From: the human T2T-CHM13v2.0 reference genome, Homo sapiens
Length of the DNA: 64,000 nucleotides
Assembly: GCF_009914755.1 (NCBI RefSeq)
Contig: NC_060926.1
Strand: one strand, 5' to 3'
Shown here piece after piece: positions 26,889 through 41,755 of this stretch; positions within the stretch are counted from its first letter, which is position 1, and the number at the start of each line of letters is the position of its first letter. Both the position numbers and the translations under genes were made by a program. The notes under the pieces are model-generated. The model saw only the letters and a program-made list of their open reading frames with translations, had not been told where the DNA came from and did no database searches.

Positions 26889-27310
26889 TGTCTTACTCCA
26901 TTTTCTGTTGCTATGTCTCAACACCTGAGATTGAGTAACTTATAAATAAAAGAAATTTATTTATTACATTTCTGCAGGCTATAAAGTCTAATATCTAAGG
27001 CTTGGCATCTGGTCAGCTTCTGGTGATTGCCTTGTGTTCCATCACATGATGAACGGCATCACAGAGTGAGACAGGTGTACTGAGAGCCAAACTGGCACTT
27101 ATAAGAAATTTACTCTCGTGATAGCTAACCCATTCCCATGATAACCCATTAATCCACTAACCAATTAATCTATGAATGAATGACTTCATTCATGAGGAAA
27201 CAGCCCTCATGTCCCAATCACTCCTTAAAGGCCCCACTTCTTAATACAGTTACATTGGGGAATACGTTTCAACATGAGTTTCAGAGGACACAAATATTGA
27301 AACCATAGCA
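26889..27310 (-). mobile_element. MST (MSTC/D-like) MaLR solo LTR
   Basis: tgtcttactccattttctgttgctat...aaaccatagca. TSD atcat/ctcat. Confidence 0.8.
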
Positions 27311-30237
27311 CTCATTACTTAAGAATCTGCACTATCTTTTAAGGGATAGGATATGAGGGCTTCTTTCCTTATCCCTCACTAAATTGCCAGCTAATTTAAG
27401 ACTGCAGCATAAAAAGGAAAGTTCACACAATTAATCTGATCTTTACATTGATCTCTTATTCAAAGAAATAATTTTACTAGACCTGTGTGGTCTGAGACTT
27501 ATTTAATCCTGTTACTTTCTATTTATAATTAATAACTGACTTTCTGAACCCTGAAAAGACCCAGATATCTAGAATCTTTATTTAACCTTTCCTGAAATAA
27601 ATTTTCTAATGAGATATAATTCACATACCATACAATTCACCTCTTTAAGGTGTACATTTCATTGATTTTTAGTATTTTCACAAAGTTGTACAAAAATTTC
27701 CACTATTTTCACAGCCTCCAAAAAAAGCCCTATGTCCTATTATAGTCACTTTCTATGTTTTCTTTCCCCAGCTCCTGACAATCACACATGTATCTCTTTC
27801 TATTAATTTGTCTATTCTGTATATTTAATATAAATGGAATCATATAATAGGTGGACTTTAGTAATTGGCCTCTTTCATTTAGCATAATGCTTTCAAGATT
27901 GATCCATGTTTGAGTACACATCATGACTTCAATACTAACATTCTTCTTATGACTGAGAAAGTATATGTGTATGTATGTATATACAGTGTATGTATATACC
28001 ACATTTTTAAATTTTATACATCAGTTGGTAGATATTTGGATTTCTGTCTCATTATTATGAATAGTGCTTCAATGAACATTTGTTTGTGGTTTTTGTGTGT
28101 ATATTTTTACAAATGTCCTGGCTATGTACCTAAGTGGGGAGCTACTTGGTCATAGGGTAACTCTATGTTTAACTTTTTAGGAACTTCAAAACTGTTTTCC
28201 GGAGTGACTGCCGTAATTTACATTACCAATAGCAACGTGTGAGGGCTACAGTTTCTCCATATCTGGTCAACACTTGTTATTTTCCATGTTTCTTTCATTG
28301 CAGCCATCCTAGTTAATGGGTGTTAAGTATCTTATTGTGGTTTTAATTTACATTTCCCTAGTGACTAAATATATTAAGCATCTTTGTATGTGCTTACTGG
28401 TCATGTATATGTCTTTAGAGAAATGTCTAATGAAAATCTTTGCCCATTTTTATTTTTATTTTATTTTTTTGCTTGGCACCTTGCTTTTTCATTGATACTA
28501 AATTTTACATGTATATGGGGTACATGTGATATTTTGACACATGCACACAATGCATAATGATCAAATCAGGGTACTTAGGATATCCATCAGCTCAAACATT
28601 TATAATTTCTTTGAGAACAGGTCAAATCTTCTAGCTATTTTGAAATATAAAATAAATTATTCACTGTAGTCACCCTACTGTGCTATCAAATAGTAGAACG
28701 TATTCCTTCTAGCTAACTCTATATTTGTATCATCAATCAACTTTTCTTTATCCCTCCTCCACAATTCCCAGCTTTAGTAACCATCATTCTACTCTCTGCT
28801 TCCATGCAATAACTTGTTTAGCCCCCACATATGGGCAAGAACATGTGATATTTTTCTTTCTGTGCCTGGCCTATTTAACTTTAACGTAAAAACTTCTAGT
28901 TCCACACACGTTGCTGCAAATGACAGGATTTTATTCCTCTTTAATGGCTGAATAGTATCCCATTGTGTATATATGTCACATTTTCTGTATCTGTTGATCT
29001 ATAGATAGACATTTCAATTGATTTTATATCTTGGCTATTATGAGCAGTGTTGCAGTTATAAACATGGTAGACCAGGTATCCCTTTGATATACTGATTGCC
29101 TTTCCTTTGAATAAATACCCAGTAATGGGATTGCTAGATTATATAGCCGTTTTATTTTTAGTTTTTTGCAAAGTCTCCGTACTCTTTATATTTCTCCCAA
29201 TAGCATTCCTTTTTAATAACAGCCATTCTAACTGGGGCGAGATACTATCCCATTGTGGTTTTGATTTCCATTTCCCTGATGATTAGTGGTGCTGAGTATT
29301 TTTCATATACCTGTTGGTGTTTTGTATTTCTTCTTCTGAAAAAAGCCTATTTAGCTCATTTGCCCATTTTTGAAATTAGATTATATGGTTCTTTTTTTTC
29401 TTTTCTGTTGAGTTGTTTTGAGTTCCTTGTATATTCTGGATATGAGTACCTTGTTGAATGAATAGTTTGTAAATACTTTCTCCCATTCTATAAGTTGTCT
29501 TTTCACTCTGCTGATTATTTCCTTTGCTGTGCAGAAGCTTTTTAGTTCAATGCAATTTTATTGGTCTATGTTTTTGTTTTTTGTTGCCTGCACTTTTGAA
29601 GACTTAGCCTTAAAATCTATGCCTAGACTAATTTTCTGAAGCACTTCTCCTTCTTTTCTTCCAACAGTTTTATAGTTTCAGGTCTTACATTTAAGTTTCC
29701 AGTGAACTTTGAGTTGACTTTTATATATGGTGAAAGATTGGGTTCTAGTATCACTCTTCTGCATATGAATATTCCATTGTCTCAGAACCACTTATTGAAG
29801 ACAATGTTATTTTCTCAACATGTGTTCTTTGTGCCTTTGTCAAATATTAGTTGCCTGAAAATACATGGATTTGTTTCTGCGTTTTCTATTGTGCTCTATT
29901 AGTCTATGTATCTGTTTTTATGCCAATACCATGCTGTTTTGGTTACTACTGTAGTATGTTTTAAAGTCAGATAGTGTGATGCCTTCAGCTTTGGTTTGCT
30001 TAGTATTGCTTTGGCTATTTGGGCTGTTTTGTGTTTTCATACTAACTTTATGATTTTTTTTTCTGTTTATATGAATAATATCATTGGTATTTTATACAGA
30101 TTGCATTGAATCTATAGGTTTCTTTGGGTAGTATGGCTATTTTAACAATATTAGTTATTCCAGTCCATGACCAAGAGTCGTTTTTCCATTTGTTTATTGT
30201 TTTCTTTAATTTCTTTCCCCAGTGCTTTATAGTTTTC

Positions 30238-30515
30238 TTTTTTTTTTCAAGATGGAGTCTCGCTCTGTCACCCAGGCTAGGTTGATCTCGGCTCACTGCA
30301 GCCTTCGCCTCCTGAGTTTATTCTCCTGCCTCAGGCTTCTGAGTAGCTGGGACTACAGGCACTTGCCACTATGCCCAGCTAATTTGTGTATTTTTAGTAG
30401 AGATGGGGCTTCACCATGTTGCCCAGGCTGATCTCAAACTCCTGACCTTAAGTAATCTGCCCACCTTGGCCTCCCAAAGTACTGGGATTATAGGCATGAG
30501 CCACCGCACCCAGCC
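30238..30515 (-). mobile_element. AluS inserted in L1 ORF2
   Basis: Perfect TSD ttatagttttc (30227-30237, 30516-30526). Confidence 0.95.
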
Positions 30516-31439
30516 TTATAGTTTTCATTGTAGAGGTATTTTACCTTTTTGATTAAATGTATTAATAGGTATTTTACTTTTTTGTTTGTAGCTTTTGTGA
30601 ATAACATAGATTTCTTGATATTTTTAGCTAGTTTGTTATTGGTGTATAGGAATGCTATTAATTTTTAAGGTTGATTTTGTATCATATTACTTTACTGAAT
30701 GTATCAGTTCTATAATTTTTATTTTTATTTTTTTGGTGGAGTCTTGAAGCTTTCTCTAACTATAAAAACATGTCTTTGGCAAAGATGGACGATTTGACTT
30801 CCTCTTTCCCAATTTGGATGCCTTTTATTTCTTTTGCTGTATTGGTCTGGCTAGGACTTTTGCTCCAATATTAAATAAATGTAGTGAAAGTGAATATCTT
30901 TGTTTTGTTCCAATTCAGGAAAAACTTTTTGCACTTCCACATTCAGCATGATGTTAGCTTTGAGTTTCATATATGGCTTTTATTATTTTGAGGCATGTTC
31001 CTTTTATGTCTAACAGAATAATGTTAACCCCGCTGAACGATTTAGGAAAATTTCCACTATCATCAATTTTTTGGAATAGTTTGAGAATTGGTATTAAGTC
31101 TCCTTTATAAGTTTAGTAGATTCATCCGTAAAGCCATTTGGTCCTGGGTTTTTCTTTTTAGGGAGACTATTTATTACTGATCTAATCTTATTTTTCATTA
31201 TTAGTCTGTTCAAGTTTTCTACTTCTTCTTTGTTCAATCTTGGTGGATCGTATGTGGAATTTATCCCTTTCCTTTAATTTTTAAAAATTTGTTAGCTTAT
31301 ACTTGTTTATTATAGTCTCTAATGCTCCTTTGTATTTCTGTGGGTTAAGTTGCAATGTCATCTTTTTCTTCTCTGCTTTTGAGTCTTCTCTCTTTTTTTC
31401 TTTATTAGTCTAGCTAATGGTTTATTGATTTTTTAATTT

Positions 31440-31600
31440 TTTCATTTTATTTTCTTTTATTTTTTAAGTTCTGGGGTACATATACAGGATGTGCAAGTTT
31501 GTTGCATAGGTAAATATATGCCATGGTGTTTTGCCGCACCTATCAACCTATCACGTAGGTATTAAGACCTGCATGCATTAGTTCTTTTTCCTAATGTCCT
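31440..31600 (-). mobile_element. L1PA 3'-end fragment nested in L1MA
   Basis: ttttaagttctggggtacatatacaggatgtgc...ttcctaatg. Confidence 0.75.
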
Positions 31601-34600
31601 AAAAGCCAACTTTTCATTTTGTTGATTCTCTGTATTTTTGTTTCCAATTTCTTCAGTTCTTCTCTAATCTTTATTATTTATTTTCTTCTACTAATTTTAG
31701 GTTTGGTTTTCTCTTGCTTTTCTAGTTCCTTGTGGAGCACTAATAGGTTATTTAAAATCTTTCTACTTTTTAGATGTAGTTGTTCATTGCTATAACATTT
31801 TTTCTATTAGCACTGCTTTCGCTGTATCCCATAAATTTTGGTATGCTGTGTTTTCATTTTCGTTTGTTTTAAGGATTTTTTATTTTCTTATTTTTTTCAT
31901 TAATTTGATGTTTATTCAGGAGCACATTGATTTTTTTATTTATTTGTATAGTTTACAATTTTTTATTGGAATTTACTTCTAGTTTTATTTCATTGCGATC
32001 TAAGAAAATACTTAATACATTTTGTATTTTTAAAAATTTGTTGAGAATTGTGTTGTGGACTAACTTTTGGTCTGAAATATCCAGGAGAATGTTCCAATGT
32101 GCTGATGAGAAGAATGAATATTCTTCAGCTGTTGCGTAAAATGTTCTCTTAATGTTTGTTTAGTCCCTTCGGTCTATCATGCAGATTTAGTCCTATGTTT
32201 CTCTGTTGATTTTCTGTATAGATCATCTGTCCAATGCTGAAAGTCGGGTATTGAGTTTCCCAGGTATTATTACATTAGGGTCTATTTTTCTATTTAGCTC
32301 TGCTAATATTATCTGTATGTACCTCAGTACTCTGGTGTTGGGTGCATGTATGTTTACAATTGTTACATCTTCTTGGCATATTGATCCCTTCATCATCATA
32401 TAATTATTTTCCTCTTTTTATTATTTTTGACTTAATAGCTTATTATTTTTCTGATATAAATACAGGTACTCCTGTAGACTTTTGGTTTCTTTTTACATGA
32501 AATATTTTTTCCATCCTTATACTGTGTATGTGTCTTTACCAGTGAAGTAAGTTTGCTGTAGGCAGCATATAATTGGATTTATATATTTAATCCATTCAAT
32601 TCATCTGTATATTTTAACTGGGGAACTTAAACCACTTACATTAAACATTGTTATTGATGGGGAAGACTTACTCTTGTCACCTTTTAAATTGTTTCCTGAT
32701 TGTTTGCATATGTTATTATTGCCTCTTCTATTATTTACCTTTTTTTTTTTTGTACTGATAGTGTTTGATTCCTTTCTCTTTGTCATCTGATTAGCTGTTT
32801 TACCAGTGAGTTTTCTTTTCTTTTTTTTTAATATTAGGTATCATCCTTTTACCCCACATATAGAACTTCTTTAAGCATTTCTTTAGAAGTCATTCTGGTG
32901 GTTATGAATTCCCTCAGGTTTTGCTTGTCTTAGAAAGACTTTATTTCTCCTTCATTTCTGAAGGTTGGCTTTGGTAGGTATGGTATTCTTGGCTGGCAGC
33001 TTTTATTCTTTCAGCACTTTGAATATATCCTGTGCTCTCCTGGCCTATAAAGTTCTGCTGAGAAATTCACTGTTAGTATGCTGGGAACTACCTTATATGT
33101 AACTTGACCCTATTACTATTTTTAGAATTCTGTCTTTGATTTTTGACGGTGTGCCTTGTAGAAAACCTTTTTGAGTTGAATCTATTTGGGCTTTCCTTGA
33201 GCTTCCCATATCTGAATGTTTCTGTCTCTAGCAAGACTTGGAGGCTATCAGCTATTATTTCATTAAATAAGTTTTCTATGCTTTTGCCTATCTCTTCTTC
33301 TGGAACTCCCCAAAATAGAGTATTTGGGTGCTTTATAATGTCCCACATGTCATGTAGGCTTTCTTCATTTTTTTTTATTTTTGTCTGACTGGGTTATTTT
33401 AAAAGACGTGTCTTCACATTTAGAATTGTTTTCTTCTTGATATAGATGATTGTGGAAGCTTTCAACTGTATTTTTTTATTTTATCTTTTGAATTCTTCAC
33501 TTTTCAAATTTCTGTTTTGTTCATTTTTATGATATCTGTCTTTGTTGAATTTCTTATTGAAATAATAAAATTGTTTCTGATTTATTTGTATTGTTTATCT
33601 GTGTTCTCTTATATCTCACTGAGTTTTAAAAATATTATTTTAAATTATTTCTTAGGTAGTTTATAGTTTCTTTTCATTGGGATCTCTTAATGGATAATTA
33701 TTATACTCCTTTGGGGTGTAATGTTTTCATGCCTTTTTTATGTTTCTTGGGTTCTTAGGTTAATATGTCCCCATCTGGTATGACAGCTGCTTTCTGTCAA
33801 ATTTATGGATTGGCTTTTGTGAAAAAAAGACTTTTTTATTTAGATGTATCTATAATAATGGTTTGGTAGGGTGCTTTGACTTTGATTCTGGATGGGTGCA
33901 ATAGTGTAATCTTCATATGATTTATTCAGCTGTAATCAACAACACTAACATCTGTGATTTCCTTTGTGGCTTAGGCCCAATGAAGAATGTGCTGAGTCTT
34001 TGCTGAGGATAAGGATGCCATGTGGGCTGGTTCTAGGGCACCAGTGGTGGTAGTTTCAGGCCAGGAAGGCCAGTCCTCATGACCCTGGTGCATATGTGGG
34101 TGCCAGCAGTGATGGCTTCAGGTAGCTGGTCTTCAGACCTCTAGGTAGCATGCTTGTGTGCTGATGGTGGCAGGGAGAGGCTGATTGTGAGGTTCTTAGT
34201 CCCCTTGGAAGTGTGCATGATGTTGGCAATGGCAGTAATGGCAGAAGATCGCTCTTTGGGCTCTTGCATGGTTGACCCATATGACAGAGGGTTGGGTGAG
34301 CTGGAATCTGGACCCCTAGTTAGCACACACATTGATAGTTGCAGATAGGGCAGGCCCATCGTCAGACTTCCGAATGCTGTGCATGGGTGCCCATAAAAAT
34401 TTCTGTCCATTTTTAATTTGTTTAAATCTTTTTAAAAGTCTTTATAATATTCTGAACACAAATTTCTTATCAGGTATATAATTTGCAAATATTTTCTCAC
34501 ACTTTATGAGTCTTCTCATTTGCTTGACAGTCTTTTGAAGCACAAACTTTTAATTTTGATGAAGTTATTTATCTATTTTTCTCATAACCTCTGCTTTTAA

Positions 34601-36199
34601 TATTATATCCAGGAAATCATTGCCTAATTCTGAAGGGCAAAATGATATATTCCTATGTTTACTTTGAAGACATTCATATTTTTAGCTTTTACAATTAGGA
34701 GTTTTGAGTTATTTTTTATATGATATGACATGGACATCTAAATTTATTATTTTGTATGCTAATAAACAATTGTCCCAGTACTATTTGTTAAAAATATTGT
34801 TGTTTTCTCTGAATTATCTTGGCCTTCTCATTGCAAATCAATTAACCACAAATGTAAGAATATATTTCTGGAGCCTCAATTCTATTCCATTGATCAATAT
34901 GTCTATACTTATCCCAATGTTACACATTCTTAATTATTATAGTTTTAATAAGTTTTGAAATTGGAAAGTCTGAGTTCTCCAAGTCTGTTCCTTTTTCATG
35001 ATTCTTTTGGCTATTCTGACTGGATCCTCTGAATTTTTCATATGGAACTTAAGATTAGATTATCAGTTTCTGCACAAAGGCAGATGGAACTTTGACAAAT
35101 ATTATATTTTGAATTAATAGGTGAAATAGACTAACTGATATCTTAACAATATCTTCCAATCCACAAACACAGAATATCTTTTAATTTATTTTTTCTTTAT
35201 TATTTCAATAAAAATTTGTAGTTTTCACTATATAATCCTTGAAATTATTTTGTTAAATTTATTTCTAAATATGTTATTCTTTTTAATGATAATATAAATT
35301 GTTTTCATTTCATTTTAGAGCATTTGTTGCTACTGTATAGACATGTAATTGATTTCTGTATGTTAATCTCATATCTTACAATTTTACTGAACTTATTTAT
35401 TAGCTTTAGTGTTTTTCTTACTGCTTTCTTAGGATTTTCTACATACAAAATTATGCCCTCTGTGAATAGATACACTTTTACTTCTTTCTGTCCAACATAG
35501 ACAAATTTTATTTCTTTTTCTTGCCTAAGTACTTTGTTTAGAGTCTGGTTAGAGCTTCTAGTAAAATACTGTATAAAAGTAATAAGAGGAGATAATCTGG
35601 TTTTATTCCTGATCTTAGGGGAAAAGATTTCAGTCTTTCATTATTAACTGTGATGCTAGCTGGGTTTTTCATATATGCCCATTAGTAGGTTGAGGAAGTT
35701 TCCTTTTTTTATTACTTTGTCAAGTGTTTGTATCATATAAGGACAATACATTTTTGTCAAATGCTTGTTCTTTATATATTGAAATGATTCAGTTGTTTGT
35801 ACTCCTTATCTCATTTTTCTTAGCCCTTACTCTATTAACATGATATAGTAGGGGGATTTTCACATGGTGAACCAAACTTACATTCCTAGAACCAATCAGA
35901 CACAGTGTTTAATCTTCTGAATTCAGTTTACTACTATTTTTTGATGATTTTTGCATTTGCATTCATGAGAAGTTGGCTTTTCATGAGATGTTTTTGTCTC
36001 ATTTTGGTAACAGGATAATACTGGCCGCATAGAATAAGAGAGAAAGTTTTGTTCCTCTTTTACCTTTGTAACAACTTATACGACTCTTTTAAATATTTTT
36101 TAAAATCAAAAGTTAATTATTTGAAATATTTAAAAAATATACATATAATTTACCAGTGAATACATCTCTGGTCTAGAATTCTCTTTATGGTAATAATAG

Positions 36200-36900
36200 G
36201 TCAGCTGCTGTGAGGAGAATAAATTGAAATGGTGAAAGAATGGAAGTAGAAAAAAAATTTAAAAGCGATGTAGTTATTCCGAGAAGAGATGATAGTGGCT
36301 TTAAATAAAATACTGGCAGTGGAGATGGAGAGAAGTAGGCACCTTTAGGATTTATTTCAGATGCAGAGCCAACAGTACTTCCTGACACATAGGATGCTCA
36401 GGATAAGAGGAAGACTAGACTTGAGGATCTTGTGTAGAATTTTGATTTGAGCAATTGGGTGAATGCAATTGCCACTTATTGGAATAGAAAAAAAATTAGG
36501 AGAAAAGCAGATGGCAAAGAACAGATGAAAATATCAACACTTATGACCATTTTAAGTTTTAAATAACTTTTTACTTCTAAAGTGTAGTCATAAATAGGCA
36601 GTCAGGTGGATAGATCTGGTTCCTTTTAGAGGTTATGCTTATATCTTTCAATCTGGTTACTATCAGCAATTAGATTATATTTTACCTTGAGGCTACATAA
36701 TATTTGCTAGGACAACAATACAAATAGAGGGGTAGGGTGCTAGGGAGCATGCCTTGGGTCTTTTCAATATTCAGAAGACAAACAGAGAAACAGGAGCTAG
36801 TAAAGGAGAGCAACAAAGAGGCCAATATTACAGACAAAGAAAGAAGAGCGTGCGTCACTGAGGCCGAGAGGAGATTGTTTTGTAAAAGAAGTGTTGACCT
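36200..36900 (-). mobile_element. L2 fragment
   Basis: ggcagtggagatggagagaagtagg...ttgagcaattgggtgaatg, purine-rich L2-like sequence. Confidence 0.6.
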
Positions 36901-37009
36901 GTTTTAAATATGGCTGACAGATCAAAAGACACAAGCTTACTGTTCTTATTGGCATCATCATTTTCGGATCTAGTCTACACAGTTGAGTATGAAAGGGTCT
37001 TCTCTATCT

Positions 37010-37430
37010 GGCTTCTTTGTCTAATTGCATTATCTAGGACTTCCAGTATGGTGTTGAAAGCAATGGAGAGAGGAGATATCCATGCCTTGCTCCTGACCTC
37101 AATGGGAAAGCTTCTAGTTTCTGACAGTTAGGGATGTTGTTACCTATAGGACTTTTGTAGATATTCTTTATTGAGTTAAAGAGGATTCCCCTATTCCTGG
37201 TTTGCTGAGAGTTTTTTTCATGAATGCGTATTTTTTTTCACATGCTTTTTCTGTACCTATTGATATAATCATGTGATTTTACTTTTCTTGGCTATTTATG
37301 TGGCAAATTTTATTAATTGATTTTCAAACATTGGTCCAGGCTTGCATACCTGTGATAAATGCTAATAATTGGGGTGTATAATTTCTTTTATCCTTACTGA
37401 ATTCGATTAGCTAATATTTTTCAGAGGATA
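37010..37430 (-). mobile_element. L1M ORF2 fragment
   Basis: ctaggacttccagtatggtgttg...catgccttgctcctgacctcaatgggaaagct (RT region, antisense). Confidence 0.75.
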
Positions 37431-39554
37431 TTTTGGGATCTTTCTGAGATAATCTAGGTAGTCTGTTAAAACTTCATTTGTTATATGACAAAATAGGCTG
37501 TGCTTTGTTTGTATTTCTTGCCACAGACTTGGATCTCTGGTTCTTTACAATGCAAAATTATATTATAGAATTACATTATAAGTTGAGCAATAAGAGTGCT
37601 CAATAAGAATTTATAAACAATTTAAATATGTTATATGTTTGGTACTAAGCGCAGTTCTTGAGAAGTTATTCATTGGTTTTAAACCACAACTCAATGTTAT
37701 AATCTAATAAAAACCATAACAACTTTATCACTAATAATATAATTACTAAAGTTAGCTTCAGACTTTTTCTTTTGCCTAATCCTTGGAGTACAGAGCCAAA
37801 TTACCATATTTTTAAATTATTTGGAAAAAAATTCCTTCAATATGATGATATTTTCTGCTCCATATAAAGTTAAAATTATTGGTTCTAACTTTCAAATATT
37901 TAAGCTCTACATTCAATTTTGTTGTATAAAATAAAATATTTGCATGATTTAAAAATTAAGTCTATAAAAAAAGGAATATAAACCAGATAGTATTCTACTT
38001 CCTTCTACTCATTCCTCCGCCTATATATGGCACTTACAAAATATGGTTTATGTATTTTATTTTTAAATAGTATGAATTGACAAAGTATGCATAGATTGGT
38101 ATTCACCTCCAGCTACTTAAATGAACAGTGCAATATTAAGATTGTTTTCTCCAACTTGATTTTTCATTCAAAAATAAATCTTGAAGATGACTTCATAGGA
38201 TTATAAAGATAGGTTCCTCTTGCTTTTTGCCATTGTATGTTACTAAATTATAAAAATAATGTAACAATAATACTCTCCACTATTTTAATGGATTGTATTA
38301 CGTACATAAATTAACTTCAAGAGAAGTGATGTTTTTATACAGCTGATATTCCCTGTGTAAGAACACAGGAACTTTCAATGTGTGTTTCATTCAGAAGTGT
38401 TTCATAGTTTAGCTCGTACGGATTTTCCATATGTCTTCTTTTCACTTATATATTTTTATTCTATTTATTTTTAGCAAATAGATTCTTTTCTTTCTTTTAA
38501 CTGTTTTTTTCTTTGTATATAAAAATATATGTATTTTTGTTTGTTGTTTTCTTAGCCAGCTACTTTACTAAATTCACCTAGTTTTAATGACAGTTTTTTC
38601 TTGATTCTTTTGTAAAGTTTTTAGATATATAATAACAACAAATATAGTTTGACCTCTTTTGTTTTAATTCTTGTACCTCTAATTCCTTTGCCTAGTTTAT
38701 TTTCATTGGCTGAATATATATTGTGAATTATGTACAAAAGTCTCTTAATATAAATGTTTCTACCTAGATATATCTATTTATGTCTGTAACAACTACATTA
38801 TTATTAGGTTGTTAAATACTTTATGTTCTTAATAGTTGGTTCATATCTGTCTTAGATTGAAAGAGATACTAAAGTCTCAGATTGTTAATTTGTGTCTGTC
38901 TGTTTTCTATCATGTTTTCTGTAATTTCTGCTTTATAAAATTGTTGCATGGTAACTAGGGGCCTCAATGCCAGGGTATTTTTTCTTTCCTGTTTCTTAAG
39001 ACATATAATTTTGTCAGAATTTGCATCTATTTTGGCCGTTTGGGGTTGGTTTTTCCCAAATACACAGTATCTGTTAATAGTAGATTTTAAATTATAATAT
39101 AAATTTAGTAAATTCCCATTGCTTCATTTTTTCCCCCTTCAGGAATTATTATTAAATATAAATTGGATCTTTTTTGTTTATGTTAGAGAACTCACATTTA
39201 TGTCTTATGTATTTTATTTTAAAAAATTACATTCCTGTTGTTTACTCACTTTTGTGTTTTCTCTAATTTAATCTTCATTTCTGAAGTATTTTCTTTTAAT
39301 ATTTAAATATTTCTTAAATTATTTCAGTACTTTCATGTAAGTTCTTTTCTGCAATCGCTTTACTATGTTTATTTAATTGTAATGTATGTTATTGCTTCAA
39401 TCTTTCACTTTTTAAGCTTATTTTAAAATATTATATTGCAACCTCAATCTGCTTTGTTGTTATTTTACTTTACATATATGCATATACAATCTCATGACAG
39501 ATCATGATATATCATAAATCATCTCATAATTTATCCAAGAATAACTGTTAACAT

Positions 39555-40600
<1,046 letters not shown>

Positions 40601-40874
40601 GGATCCCAACAGTCTCTCCTAATTTAGGGGCTTTGCTCTGAAAGAAAACATTTGTTGTGTCATTTGGAGAGTTCAGAGATCCCTAAACACCTCAGCACAA
40701 TTTCACTTTTCCTCAGAATCCTCAATTCACCCATTCATTAGAACTTGGAACCCTCAACCCATTGTCTCCATCGAGAACATTGTTCTCATATTTTTCCACT
40801 GCACCCTGGAATGAGTTTCTGTTGATGATTTAGAATTTTTAGCTCTCAGGAACTTATGAATTTCCTTTATTTTC

Positions 40875-41248
40875 TGTATTAGTCAATTTTCATACTTCTA
40901 TAAAGAATATCTGAGACTGGGTAATCTACGAAGGAAAGAGGATTAATTGATTCACAGTTCTGCATAGCTGGGAAGGCCTTGAGAAACTTAAAATCATGGC
41001 GGGAGGCAAAGGGGAAGCAAGTACCTTCTTCACAAGGTGGCAGGAGAGAGAGAAAGAGCAAGAGAAACTACTAGGAGAAACTGCCACTTACAACATCATC
41101 AGATCTCATGAGAACTCACTATCACGGGAACAGCATGGAGGAAACTACCCCCATGATCCAGTCACCTCCCACCAGGTCTCTCCCTTGACATGTCGAGTTT
41201 ACAATTCAAGATGAGACTTGAGTGGGGACACAGAGCCAAACCATATCC
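40875..41248 (-). mobile_element. THE1 (THE1C/D-like) MaLR solo LTR
   Basis: tgtattagtcaattttcatact...ggggacacagagccaaaccatatc. Confidence 0.88.
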
Positions 41249-41609
41249 TCTTTCTTCTGTTTTCTTTTATACCATTGCTAATACTACACAGTTAATTTGA
41301 ATTATTTATTCTACTTGTATTTTGGAGATTATGAGCATGCTTTGTCACTTAATATTTTTCTAGATGTTATCCACATTTATTTTACTTTCCTGATAGATAT
41401 GTTTATTTTTATACAAATGTTCAGAGACATTTTAAAACTGTTCTCCTGCCACATCTTCCCCAAATTCTTCTTCCCAAAACAATGTCTATTAGAGAAAATA
41501 GTGAATATGTCTGGCTTGCCCAATCTTCATTTACTAAAACCAGTGCCAATATTCCACTGGAAATTACTGCTAGTTTTAAATTATATCTGTACTTTTGGTC
41601 AAGAGTAAG

Positions 41610-41755
41610 TTTTTTTTTTTTAACTTTTAAGTTCAGGGGTACATGTGGAGGTTTGTTATGTAGATAAACTTGTGTCAAGGGGGTTTGTTGTACAGATTTT
41701 TTTGGTCACCCAGGTAATAATCCTAGTACCCAATAGTTATTTTTCCTGATCCTCT
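41610..41755 (-). mobile_element. L1P 3'-end fragment
   Basis: aacttttaagttcaggggtacatgtgg...cccaatagttattttt. Confidence 0.75.

Larger units (their letters stand above)
28452..34394 (-). mobile_element. L1MA-type element, about 5.9 kb, with 3'UTR, degraded ORF2, ORF1 and 5'UTR
   Basis: ORF2 remnant [31 protein letters not shown] (about 30090-30200). ORF1 remnant WDIIKHPN..GVPE..ENLFNEII (about 33250-33350). GC-richer 5'UTR at about 33950-34394. Degenerate TSD aaaatctttgcccattttt / aaaaatttctgtccattttt. Confidence 0.8.
27600..36180 (-). mobile_element. Older L1M element (3' end at about 27600), split by a younger L1MA insertion
   Basis: L1 3' end (gagatataattcacataccatacaattcacc) and ORF2-like T-rich sequence at 27600-28450, resuming at 34400-36180. 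Confidence 0.75.

Noticed and set aside
33088-33348. ORF with L1 ORF1p similarity
   Set aside because: A fragment of a frameshifted, decayed L1MA, not an intact or domesticated gene.
37583-37610. Small hairpin ttgagca-N7-tgctcaa with repeated caataaga
   Set aside because: A 7-bp stem is expected by chance in 64 kb.
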